Source of the DNA: Candidatus Jordarchaeia archaeon | Lineage (GTDB): Archaea; Asgardarchaeota; Jordiarchaeia; Jordiarchaeales; Jordiarchaeaceae | Assembly: GCA_029856435.1 (NCBI GenBank) | Contig: JAHQXB010000117.1 | Span: forward strand, 1-39,084 | DNA length: 39,084 nucleotides | Direction: 5' to 3' | In this document: positions 1-9,136 of the stretch, piece by piece | How positions within the stretch are numbered: position 1 is the first letter of the stretch | Layout: each line of letters starts with the position of its first letter | Notes under the pieces: model-generated | Database searches by the model: none | The model's input: only the letters and a program-made list of their open reading frames with translations | Told to the model about the DNA's origin: nothing | Position numbers and translations under genes: made by a program

Positions 1-403
1 GAGCTTTTAAGCCCCCGTCTGACCTCTAAGACCTGCTCTGTGTGCGGGTGGTTGAATAAAGACCTGAGGGGAGCGGTCTTCAAGTGTCGGCGGTGCGGCG
101 TTGTAATTGACCGTCAGCTCAACGCAGCCATAAACCTTCACCTAAGGATGGAGAGTCTTTCTCCCCACCCGACCACGTTCTTCCGCTCGATCGTGAGGCC
201 CCTCCTGCACTCCTCACGGCGTTGGCGGCAACACCCGCAGGAGAAGTGGTCAGTGAAGAGGCGGAGACGTGGATTCGTGGAGGTGGGGAGCGGGTTCACC
301 CTGAGCGGGGTGGAGTGGAAGGCGGCTGATGGACTCGCGAGGCCGCCGCATGATACTGTGAAGCCTCAACTCCTATGTAATTCTATGAATTTCTACATAG
401 AGT
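1..403 (+). mobile_element. Right part of an IS607-type (tnpA serine recombinase + tnpB) element
   Basis: Bases 148-403 align (about 80-85% by hand) with 19333-19081(-), and similarity stops after ...TAGAGT, defining the right end. The 19 kb copy joins this right end to an IS607-tnpA-type left end. Confidence 0.8.
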
Positions 404-405
404 AG
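1..405 (+). CDS. tnpB: TnpB (RNA-guided endonuclease) C-terminal part, truncated by the window start
   Basis: Frame 1 is open from base 1: ELLSPRLTSKTCSVCG...FKCRRCG.VIDRQLNAAINL, i.e. TSKTCxxCG zinc ribbon, second CxxC, and the RuvC-III DRxxNAAxN motif, followed by the low-complexity tail typical of TnpB; stop TAG at 403-405. Confidence 0.92.
   Translation, partial: ELLSPRLTSKTCSVCGWLNKDLRGAVFKCRRCGVVIDRQLNAAINLHLRMESLSPHPTTFFRSIVRPLLHSSRRWRQHPQEKWSVKRRRRGFVEVGSGFTLSGVEWKAADGLARPPHDTVKPQLLCNSMNFYIE
148..403 (+). ncRNA. Candidate TnpB omegaRNA (right-end RNA) scaffold overlapping the tnpB 3' end
   Basis: Position downstream of RuvC-III is where omegaRNAs lie (established). Stems seen: CTCCCCACC 161-169 / GGTGGGGAG 282-290, and GGCGGC...GCCGCC hairpin around 321-347. 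Both are retained in the second copy. Boundaries are approximate. Confidence 0.55.
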
Positions 406-674
406 AACACTTGATTCAAAGCTTTGGTGATAATGTTTCATATAGTTTTATTATTCTCCGTTGTGGGTTGCCTTGTTAATCTCTTCCAGAACTTTACTGC
501 TTAAATTATTTTTACCTCTTTTCTTCAACTTTCAGTTTTGGTCTTCAAAATTGTGAAGTTTGGTGTTTTTATGGTTCATCTTTTATTTTAAAACTTTCAG
601 GTAATCGCTATTTTTCTCTTTTTTGGGGGTTGGGTAATGCTTATTAGAGGTTTTTGTTGATAGCATGATTTGGG

Positions 675-1391
675 ATGAAGGCTATGGATTACCAGTTGTA
701 TGTGGGGACTAGTGGCTGGATGTATAGTTGGAATGAAGGGGGCACTTTTGACTGGTATCTGGCTAATTCGGGTCTGAACTGTGTGGAGCTTAACGCCAGC
801 TATTACCGTTTTCCCTTTCGGAACATGGTTGCAAGTTGGGTTCGCAAAACGCCTGTGGGCTTCAGGTGGGCGGTAAAGGTTAACCGGTACGTTACCCACG
901 TTTTTCGATTCGGCGAGAAAGCGGTGGGCACTTGGATTAAGTTTAGGGACTTGTTTCAACCATTAGACGGAAGTATAGATTTCTATCTTTTTCAGCTTCC
1001 TCCGTCTGCGGTTCCTAGGGAAAAAACATTGGAGAATATTGAGAGGTTCGTTGCCGAGGTGGATTTGGGGGAGAGGTTTGCTCTGGAGCCCAGAAACATT
1101 GAATGGTTTGATTCAAGATGGGTTTCTTGGGCTGAAAATCTGGGTGTGACTCTGGTTTCTGTTGACGCCCCAGAACTGCCCAGAACCATTTTCCACATAG
1201 GGGGAGTAATTTATTTGAGAATGCATGGTAGAACCGGCTGGTACTCACATAGATATACTGAGGAGGAGCTGGAGGAAGTAAAACAAAAAATTTTGGCAGT
1301 TAGTCCCAGACGCGTGTTTATATTTTTTAATAATGACCATGCAATGCTTGACAACGCCCAATCCATGTTTTATAAACTGGTGAAAAAATAA
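675..1391 (+). CDS. DUF72 family protein
   Basis: YVGTSGWMY, VELNASYYRFP, FLFQLPPS, ALEPRN, VSVDAP, YLRMHGR, FNND motifs are all DUF72 hallmarks. Confidence 0.93.
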   Translation: MKAMDYQLYVGTSGWMYSWNEGGTFDWYLANSGLNCVELNASYYRFPFRNMVASWVRKTPVGFRWAVKVNRYVTHVFRFGEKAVGTWIKFRDLFQPLDGSIDFYLFQLPPSAVPREKTLENIERFVAEVDLGERFALEPRNIEWFDSRWVSWAENLGVTLVSVDAPELPRTIFHIGGVIYLRMHGRTGWYSHRYTEEELEEVKQKILAVSPRRVFIFFNNDHAMLDNAQSMFYKLVKK

Positions 1392-1469
1392 TTAAACATC
1401 CGCGCAAAATGTTAGGTTTAATGCAACGTTTAGGTTCAGCTGGTTGGTTTAGATTGTGGGTGGGTTCCT

Positions 1470-2552
1470 ATGTATTATCACTTGTTGCTTACTAGGCGCT
1501 GCAATCTTAACTGTGTTTACTGTGGTGGCTCAGAGGAGTTCTTCAGCGATGCTGAGGTTCAGTACAGTTTGGAAGACCTCAAAAAATTTATTGAGAGGGA
1601 TCCAGAACCAGTAATTGCTTTTTATGGTGGGGAACCCCTACTTAGAATCCCCCTCATGGAAAAAATAATGGATACTATATCGGCGAAACATTACATTCTG
1701 CAAACCAATGGTTATTTCTTGGATAAAGTTGAGGAAGATTACTTGAGGAGGTTTCACTCCATACTGGTCTCCATAGATGGGAGGGAGGAAACCACAGATT
1801 ATTATAGGGGTAAAGGAACATACAAAAGAATCCTAGACAATGTGAGAATTGTGAGAGATAAAGGTTACCGTGGAGATATTATAGCTAGGATGACTATTTC
1901 TGAACACTCAGACGTTTATGAGGATGTAACCCACCTGTTAAAATTGGAAAATCCCGCTTTTGACCATGTGCACTGGCAGCTGGACGTGGTTTGGAGCAAG
2001 GAGGGTGAATGGCGCAACTTCGACGAATGGGTCAGAGACTCCTATAATCCGGGAATATCAAAACTGGTCAGAGACTGGTATCAAGAGATGGAGGCAAGGG
2101 GAAAAGTTTTGGGAATTGTTCCCTTTATCCCCCTGACGAAAACCCTACTAACAGGTGAAAAGAGTCTTCTCCGGTGCGGTTCGGGAATCGACTTCTTCGC
2201 CATAAATCCCTCGGGGAAAATCAGCGCCTGCCCAATATCCTCCGACCCAGAGTTTATAGTTGGAGACATTTGGAACTCCCACCCCACGGAACTTAGAAAC
2301 AAATTGATGGTGGGACCTCCATGCCCGGAGTGTGAGATGTACTGGATTTGTGGCGGACGCTGCCTATATGCCAACATTAAGAAACACTGGGGAGAAGAGG
2401 GATTCAGAAAAATCTGCAAAATAGTACAACACTTGATATGGGAACTCCAGCAAGTCAAACCAAAAATAAAAGAACTCCTAAAAAGAAATGTAGTATCTCT
2501 GGAAGAGTTCTACTATCCAGAAATCAATAATTGTTGTGAAATCATCCCGTAG
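1470..2552 (+). CDS. Radical SAM/SPASM protein, resembles TIGR04084 (AF0577-like) family
   Basis: CNLNCVYC (CxxxCxxC), FYGGEPLL, SIDG; C-terminal CGSG...ACP...CPECEMYWICGGRC (Cx2Cx5Cx3C); C-terminus NNCCEIIP. Confidence 0.88.
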   Translation: MYYHLLLTRRCNLNCVYCGGSEEFFSDAEVQYSLEDLKKFIERDPEPVIAFYGGEPLLRIPLMEKIMDTISAKHYILQTNGYFLDKVEEDYLRRFHSILVSIDGREETTDYYRGKGTYKRILDNVRIVRDKGYRGDIIARMTISEHSDVYEDVTHLLKLENPAFDHVHWQLDVVWSKEGEWRNFDEWVRDSYNPGISKLVRDWYQEMEARGKVLGIVPFIPLTKTLLTGEKSLLRCGSGIDFFAINPSGKISACPISSDPEFIVGDIWNSHPTELRNKLMVGPPCPECEMYWICGGRCLYANIKKHWGEEGFRKICKIVQHLIWELQQVKPKIKELLKRNVVSLEEFYYPEINNCCEIIP

Positions 2553-2627
2553 ACCTCTATTCACGCTTAAAAAAAATACAAAAGCCAGCAGAAGTTACTG
2601 TACGAGGAAGGAGTATGTATGATGGGT

Positions 2628-3182
2628 TTACGACTCATTTTTTGAGTTCTCTATTTCTAAGAGTTCCTGTAGTTTTAGGAGGAGTTCTAGTATTTTTTCA
2701 TCTAGTTTTTCTTTTAATTCTAATCGTTTAAGCATGGTTTCGTATAAGAGTTTAAGCACTGAACTTTGAAGCCATTCTGCTGTTAAGCGTAGGGATTCGA
2801 TTACTTCCATTACCCTTTTCGTCGCTGTTTTTGATAGGTCAAATTCTTTACGGGATAGTGCTGCAGCGAAAGCCAGATCTTTTAGCGGTATTTTTGGGAG
2901 TATAAGTTCGCTGACATCCACGACGTGATTTTCAGTTTGGAAAAACATTTGCATAATGTTAAACACTTTTTCAATCGCTATTTTTTCACTGCCCCAGAGT
3001 GCTTTCAAAATTACCATGAAACAGTTTATTGCGTGTTCATAGATTTTTTCTCTACACTTCAATATTATATTTATGTCCCTCTTTATTTGGGAGAACCTTT
3101 CAGCAGTTTGGTTTATTTCGTTAATAGTGTATTCAGCCAAATCCTTTGTAAAGAGGGGTGTATCCTTGAGTGCCTGCCACAC
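2628..3182 (-). CDS. Hypothetical alpha-helical protein (possibly C-terminal half of a split gene)
   Basis: 184-aa Leu/Glu/Lys-rich ORF with GTG start; same frame as 3216-3821 and separated from it only by one TAA. Confidence 0.55.
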   Translation of the reverse strand: MWQALKDTPLFTKDLAEYTINEINQTAERFSQIKRDINIILKCREKIYEHAINCFMVILKALWGSEKIAIEKVFNIMQMFFQTENHVVDVSELILPKIPLKDLAFAAALSRKEFDLSKTATKRVMEVIESLRLTAEWLQSSVLKLLYETMLKRLELKEKLDEKILELLLKLQELLEIENSKNES

Positions 3183-3215
3183 TGTGTAAGCAAAATCTAT
3201 AGCTTTTTGAAGGAT

Positions 3216-3821
3216 TTAAATGAGCAGGCTTACACACTTTGAGCGGTCCTCTTCCTTGAATATCTTCTCAGAGGTTGAGTACAACTCTTTCACAAGACTC
3301 GTTGCTTGAGTGTTTAAATTTTCACTTATGATTTTAAAATTTTGGACCACTTTGGACTGAATAACTTTTGCTGAATCAGAGAGATTCCCAGACGCACTAT
3401 ACAGGAGATTTGAGATTTCTAGCACTTTGGGTAGCGAAAATTCTAAAGCTGTTTTCAACTGGAATTTTAAAAGGCCAGTATCGATTTCTGAGGGATTAAC
3501 TATTGACCTTAAGTCAACTTTTCTTAGAATCACATCTTCAACGTTTTTCACTCCCACAATTTTAAACAACTCGCACAGGAAATCATAGGCAGCTATCATA
3601 CCATTAAGAAAATTCTCAAAGAAGGAAACAAAAGTGGATACAGATTGGTTTGTCATAGAAATAAGGGCTCTAAAATTATCAAAAGTATACCCCTCCAAAT
3701 CTTTAACAGCCCCTCCACCAAGATGATAATGAGCACTGCCTATATCCAAAGCAATCCTAAATAAAGCAGTCAGTAGAGACCGAACATCATCATAAAGCTG
3801 GGAAATATTCGCAACCCCCAT
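3216..3821 (-). CDS. Hypothetical alpha-helical protein (possibly N-terminal half of a split gene)
   Basis: 201-aa ORF with ATG start and normal composition; no recognised motif. Confidence 0.6.
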   Translation of the reverse strand: MGVANISQLYDDVRSLLTALFRIALDIGSAHYHLGGGAVKDLEGYTFDNFRALISMTNQSVSTFVSFFENFLNGMIAAYDFLCELFKIVGVKNVEDVILRKVDLRSIVNPSEIDTGLLKFQLKTALEFSLPKVLEISNLLYSASGNLSDSAKVIQSKVVQNFKIISENLNTQATSLVKELYSTSEKIFKEEDRSKCVSLLI

Positions 3822-4014
3822 ACTTCATAGTTGCCACTAATAAAAATTAATAAGAGTGCGGTATATTACTTTATTCATTCAAGATTAGCTCAGCAACTTT
3901 CAACAGAGAAACGGGTAGTGCATCGGCTACAGAGGTTAGTCCCACTTATCTCCCCCGTTTTTCAAGCGTCACAAACAAGTTTGGAACTCATTCAACAATT
4001 TTTGGAGGATGTGA

Positions 4015-5481
4015 ATGAAATTCTTGGGTATTGATGTAGGAAGCGCAAGAATAAAAGCAGCCACTATAACTGAAGAGGGGGAGGTCACAGATTTTGTTTC
4101 AAGCGAAATTTCCAATATGATGAGACAGCCCCAACCTCTACATAGTGAAAGAAACGTTCTGGAAGTATGGGAAAGCTTATGCTCCCTTCTCAGAAGGGTA
4201 AAAAGCATAAAAGAAGTCGGCGCGGTGTGTGTCGACGCTACAAGCTCCACCATAATCCCCATTAATAGGGATTTACAGCCACTTCACACTGCACTAATGT
4301 ACAACGACCAGAGAGCCCAAGAAGAGGTCAAAGAAATTCTCAGAAAAAGCCCTACCGCCCAAAATTTTCAAGAAATTTTACCCCTCGACGCCTCATTAGG
4401 CCTCCCCAAATGCCTCTGGCTACTGAAGAGAACCGAGACTGGGAAAAAAATTTTCAAATTCCTCCATGAGAACGACTTTTTCACTATGAAACTATGTGAC
4501 GCCGTAGTGACCAGCCCAAACATTGCCAGCAAAACCCACATAGACCCTGCTACAGGCGACTTCAACACTAAAATCTTTGAGGAAATCGGCCTCAACGCAG
4601 ACTACCTGCCAAAAGTGGCTCCCATAGGCGAAATAGTGGGCTACGTATCGCCTAAGGCCAGTAAAGAAACGGGAATACCAGAGGGCACACCCGTAGTTAA
4701 TGGAGTAACTGATTCCTCCGCAGGAGATATAGCCACGGGAACAGTGGAAGTGGGCGACGTTAACGTGAACATTGGAACTTCCTTGGTGGTTCACGGAGTT
4801 GTGGATAGGGTTGTCCCAGACAAGAAGGCTAGAATCTACTATAAACCCTATCTCCACAAAAACTTCCTAGTAGGCGGCGCGACAAATGCTGGAACACTGC
4901 CCCTAGACGCCCTCTGCAATCTGACAAACAAAAAAATCGAAGACTTAGAAGAGCAGGCAGAAAAGATCCCTACTGGTTGCGATGGACTAATAGCTCAATC
5001 CGAATGGTTGGGCACCAGAATTCCAGATCATAACCCAAACGTTAGAGGCTTCCTTCTGGGAATAACAAGGAAAAATTTTACTGCGGGCCACATTTTCCGC
5101 TCCTTCCTAGAAAGCAACGCCATCACACTAAACAGGCTCCTAGAAATAATTTCGGAATTAACAGACCAGAAAATAAGTGAGATAACCCTATGTGGAGGAG
5201 GAGCAAAAAGCAAACTACAGTGCCAAATTATAGCAGACGCCACAGGCAAAACTGTAAAAACAGTTGAAACAGGTGAACCCGCCATAGGCTCAGCAATCCT
5301 CGCCATGACCACCCAAAAAAAGGAGCACACCATAAAGGAATTGGTAAAACAAATAGTCAAAAAAGGAGAAGAATACCAGCCCAACAAGAAAAATTACACC
5401 ACACTACAGAATAAATCACGCCAACTCTACAAACTCACACAAGAAATCTACAAAAACTACACAGACCAACCACACCAATAA
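4015..5481 (+). CDS. FGGY-family carbohydrate kinase (xylulo/ribulokinase-like)
   Basis: LGIDVGSARIKA, VDATSST, YNDQRA, GVTDS, CGGGAKS..CQIIAD motifs; GGAGG upstream. Confidence 0.92.
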   Translation: MKFLGIDVGSARIKAATITEEGEVTDFVSSEISNMMRQPQPLHSERNVLEVWESLCSLLRRVKSIKEVGAVCVDATSSTIIPINRDLQPLHTALMYNDQRAQEEVKEILRKSPTAQNFQEILPLDASLGLPKCLWLLKRTETGKKIFKFLHENDFFTMKLCDAVVTSPNIASKTHIDPATGDFNTKIFEEIGLNADYLPKVAPIGEIVGYVSPKASKETGIPEGTPVVNGVTDSSAGDIATGTVEVGDVNVNIGTSLVVHGVVDRVVPDKKARIYYKPYLHKNFLVGGATNAGTLPLDALCNLTNKKIEDLEEQAEKIPTGCDGLIAQSEWLGTRIPDHNPNVRGFLLGITRKNFTAGHIFRSFLESNAITLNRLLEIISELTDQKISEITLCGGGAKSKLQCQIIADATGKTVKTVETGEPAIGSAILAMTTQKKEHTIKELVKQIVKKGEEYQPNKKNYTTLQNKSRQLYKLTQEIYKNYTDQPHQ

Positions 5482-5928
5482 CCACAACAATGAAGAAACA
5501 CAAATTCTAACTGAGACCCACCCTAATAGCTAAATTTACAAAAATTGGAGCCTAAAAAATGTTAATACATTTTGGGTTAGTGGCAATAACCAGACGAAAG
5601 CAAAGAACCCAAAAAAGGTGGAGACCCAAACGGGAGCCCTCATCGGACCCCCATCCTAGAAAAAGGGAAACAGGTGGAAGGACTGAAAAACCACACGAAG
5701 AAACCATATCAGAAAAATCCAAAGACGACATCCCCAAAAGCTTTACAGGAATCGTTAGCAACATGAACCCCCACTCCAAGTGGGAGTGTCAAACGAAAAA
5801 TTCTCGGAAAAAGATTACAAGAACCAAAAGCACATAGAAAAAAGGAGGATTTAGGTTGCACTTCTAAAGCAGAAGCTGTCTGCCTACATGAAACGAAGGA
5901 AGTACAGAACCACTTCTTTTTAGCCAAC

Positions 5929-6228
5929 TTAGAGAATTTCGATTATGATGTACCACGCCAAGTAGGTTTTAAGCCACCACTGGGAGTTAATGGCACCAAG
6001 CAAGGATGCCCCCCAACTCAGTGGAGCACCCAAAGAGGAACTAAAGAGCGTTGAAGCAATAAGATAGTTAAATATACCATCAGGTAAGTCTTCGTAAAAG
6101 AATATGCCAATCTGTGCGAAGCTTACTTGTATGGTTCCAGCCGCGACTATCAGCCCCGCGAATATGAGTAGTATAACGGTTATTATCAATGAAACGATTA
6201 CCAACAATCCAGTTGTCTTACTCGCCAT
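5929..6228 (-). CDS. Small hydrophobic membrane protein, paralog of 6257-6571
   Basis: 99 aa with N-terminal TM helix; shares P-LSWGASLLGAxNSxWWLKxYxxWYI with its neighbour; GGAGTGA upstream. Confidence 0.75.
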   Translation of the reverse strand: MASKTTGLLVIVSLIITVILLIFAGLIVAAGTIQVSFAQIGIFFYEDLPDGIFNYLIASTLFSSSLGAPLSWGASLLGAINSQWWLKTYLAWYIIIEIL

Positions 6229-6256
6229 ATAGCATCACTCCTACACAATTAGAAGT

Positions 6257-6571
6257 TCAAGGACCAACCATAATACCCAGCTTAAATGCTATGTACCATG
6301 ACATGTAGCTTTTAAGCCACCAGTCGGAATTTAAGGCACCGAGCAAGGACGCCCCCCAGCTCAAAGGAGGACCCAGAAGGGAACTAAAGACCACAGAAAG
6401 AATAAGGCTATTACGGATACCCCTAGCAACATCACCCATAAGAAGCGCAATCACCATGATATTGTTAAATAATGTTTGGAGACTGCCAGCGACGGCCAAT
6501 AGGGCTACGAATATTATTACTATAGCTGTTATTATAAGTGAAAGCACCACCAATATGTCCTGTTTATCCAA
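6257..6571 (-). CDS. Small hydrophobic membrane protein, paralog of 5929-6228
   Basis: 104 aa, TTG start; same conserved Trp-rich C-terminal motif as its neighbour. Confidence 0.75.
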   Translation of the reverse strand: MDKQDILVVLSLIITAIVIIFVALLAVAGSLQTLFNNIMVIALLMGDVARGIRNSLILSVVFSSLLGPPLSWGASLLGALNSDWWLKSYMSWYIAFKLGIMVGP

Positions 6572-7300
6572 CTTCTCTCACTCCTGCTCTCCATATTTTG
6601 ATTTTGATTTTTATTTAAATAAAATTTATTGTATATTTATACATAAGAACTTTGTGGTCGATGCACGTTGGTATGGTGGCTGTTCCACCCTTATTGATTT
6701 GGGGTAAGGCTGCTTTTGCTGTGAGTTTCCACGCGTCTACCGATTCCAAATCTGATTATCATAAGCTCTGCAAAGGTTGTAACCATTCATCCGCCAAGGT
6801 GACTACAAAAGTGTGCTGTGTAGTTATTGGGAATGTCCGAGTTTAAAGTGTACCATGGCATTTATGGAGCTTCAATTAAGTCTGCTTCAACTCTCGAAAA
6901 CTGTCCCTTGGGAGGGCAGAGCGGGTTTTGCTGTGTTTCCGTCACTGGCGGGTATAATTGTTTTGCGATTGTTTTGGGTGATTGCGAATTTCACATTTCT
7001 TTAGTGAAGTATTTGGTGTATTTTTTGTTTGTTTTTGCGATTTTCTCAAAATGATTAGAAAAGTTTAAATAGCCTAATTGGAGACTTCTAATGTGCTGAG
7101 CCAACACATGGTTAATTGTATCTTCCCCCTCCTCCCAAAAACGCCCTCCTCCCCCATGTGTATTATCCCCTCTCCCAGTACTTCTTTTGGTGTTGGCGAT
7201 GAAGCCTACTGGTTTTAAAGGTAATAAGTATGTTAACCAAAAAGAATATTAATTGGTTAAAAAAACATATTCTTAAGCAAGTTGAGGTGGAAAGTGAAAA

Positions 7301-7570
7301 ATGGCATCAGATTTAATCATCATACGCTTTAAGGAGTGCAAAGACACCGAAAGGTTTCTATCCTATTTGTCCCGCGATAACCCTAGACTTTTCAGCGACG
7401 ACACCGACGGCGACCTCATAGTTTGGAGCCATGAACCGATTCTGATTACTAAGACTGCATACCAGTTCAGCTTCGACGAGTATGATGACAGTGGCTGGAG
7501 CAGTTTTGAACCCGACATTGTGAAAGCCACCATGGTTAAGAGAGAGGAAGACGTTATTTGGGTACGCTGA
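7301..7570 (+). CDS. Hypothetical acidic protein
   Basis: 89-aa ORF with GAGGTGG upstream, TATA-like TTTTAAA/TATTAA upstream, and a T-run downstream. Confidence 0.6.
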   Translation: MASDLIIIRFKECKDTERFLSYLSRDNPRLFSDDTDGDLIVWSHEPILITKTAYQFSFDEYDDSGWSSFEPDIVKATMVKREEDVIWVR

Positions 7571-7932
7571 ACCCCAATTAAATCCGCGAACACTGGTAGT
7601 CGGGATCAAACATCGCTAGTCTGGACGACTGCCCAAGCACCCCCCTGCTCTCCCATAAGCGTTACATTTTTTTTCAGTTTTCAAGTCTTTTGTGAGTCTG
7701 GCCTTATGATGTTTTGAGAGGTTTTTGTGGATTTGAGGATTGGGTGATGTAGAATTGTTCGGTTTCGCCTCAAAAGGGGGGTGTTTATAGGGCTTCTTTC
7801 ACGATTTGGAGCCTTATTAGGGAGATGGAATCGAATAAATCTGCATCACCTTGAGGATTGGGAGGTTATCTTTAAATATTATATCTCTTTTTTATTTTAT
7901 GTATTCTTTTAATGGTTGGAGGAAATAAGAAG

Positions 7933-8388
7933 ATGGATTTGAATATGAAGGTTGCGAAATTTATGCAGAAGCCAGTTTTTGTAGAGTTGGGAACGGATAT
8001 GAAAAAAGTGGCCGAGTTAATGGCTAAGGAAGAAACTGATGTCTTAGTGGTGCGGGAGAAGGGCAATATTGAGGGCATAATTACCGAAATGGATCTTTTC
8101 TACATGTTGAAGAATTACGCCTTTCCAGAAATAGCGGGCCACCCTCAAGACCTTAAGGAAATTAAACTGGTAAAATCCATGATGAGTAAAAAGTCAAAGG
8201 ATTTCATGAGCGTATGCCAACTCTATGGACCCCACCCCTGTTTAATGGTGGGAGAAGAAGACACACTCGAAAACGCCATCCGAATAATGGTTGCCGGCGG
8301 AGAAATGCACCTCCTAGTGATAGGGCCAAATGGTGACGTGACCGGAACAATCTCTCCAAGGAACATAATAAAAGCATTCCTCAAGTAG
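7933..8388 (+). CDS. CBS-domain pair protein
   Basis: KVAKFMQKPVFV..MAKEETDVLVV...GIITEMDL and second repeat LENAIRIM...HLLVI...GTIS..NII. Start moved to ATG 7933, behind GGAGGA (the ORF track starts at 7912). Confidence 0.85.
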   Translation: MDLNMKVAKFMQKPVFVELGTDMKKVAELMAKEETDVLVVREKGNIEGIITEMDLFYMLKNYAFPEIAGHPQDLKEIKLVKSMMSKKSKDFMSVCQLYGPHPCLMVGEEDTLENAIRIMVAGGEMHLLVIGPNGDVTGTISPRNIIKAFLK

Positions 8389-8637
8389 ATCCAAAAAATC
8401 TCTCTAACCAAACAATCCCTTAATTTTCCGCCCCTATCCACAATTCCCCAATTTTTTATCTAAAAGAAGTTTTTTCATCCGCTATTATTGGTAAATGCCT
8501 GAAATGGAAAAAGGATCTGGTTTAGCATCGTCGAGACAGTTTATTTAAGTAATGTAAAGAAAAAAGGAGAGAAACAAAAAAGGAAGAAATGAAAAGTTTC
8601 CTTTCTTTACAACTATTGTAAATGGTGTATTTTTAGT

Positions 8638-9117
8638 TTAGTCGATGATTTCGAAGTGCTTGATGTCGTGGATGCTGCCTTTTCTATTTTCTTGCCAGAC
8701 TATTCTCACCCGTTTTCCGACTTTAATCTTGGTTTCGTCTGTCACGTTGAGGTAGTGCCAGATGGCAGTGTCCGCCCCATCTAGTCTGATGGAGGCGGTT
8801 GTGAAGGGGAGGGGCTGAATTATTTGGCCAGTGTTGGGATCAATGTATGGGAATTTTACCACGGTGAAGGATGTGATGGTGCCTTCATGTGGGAGCTCCA
8901 CCCAGTCCTCCATTTTGACGAAGCATCTTCCGCATACCTGTCTTGGTAGAGCGTACACTATTCCGCACTTGTGGCATTTTATTCCGTAGAATTTCTTTTC
9001 TTTTAGACCGTCGAGAAACTTGGTCCAGTATTCACCCACATGCCAATTGTAGGGTGCCCATGTCTTTCCAGAGGTTAAGGTTAGGTACTCTTTTTTCTCC
9101 TTCTTCTTTTCGCTCAT
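8638..9117 (-). CDS. Zn-ribbon/OB-fold (DUF35) protein
   Basis: CHKCGIVYALPRQVCGRC Zn ribbon followed by OB fold (GTITSFTVV, IRLDGAD, KVGKRV). Confidence 0.92.
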   Translation of the reverse strand: MSEKKKEKKEYLTLTSGKTWAPYNWHVGEYWTKFLDGLKEKKFYGIKCHKCGIVYALPRQVCGRCFVKMEDWVELPHEGTITSFTVVKFPYIDPNTGQIIQPLPFTTASIRLDGADTAIWHYLNVTDETKIKVGKRVRIVWQENRKGSIHDIKHFEIID

Positions 9118-9136
9118 CTTAAGATTCCTCCACTAT

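Noticed and set aside
3216-3218. Selenocysteine or pyrrolysine recoding of the in-frame stop
   Set aside because: The codon is TAA, not TGA or TAG.
6600-7060. Cys-rich small ORFs as RiPP precursors for the SPASM enzyme
   Set aside because: Overlapping short frames in a G/T-skewed gap that inflates Cys/Val/Phe content; no RBS or leader pattern; 4 kb from the enzyme.
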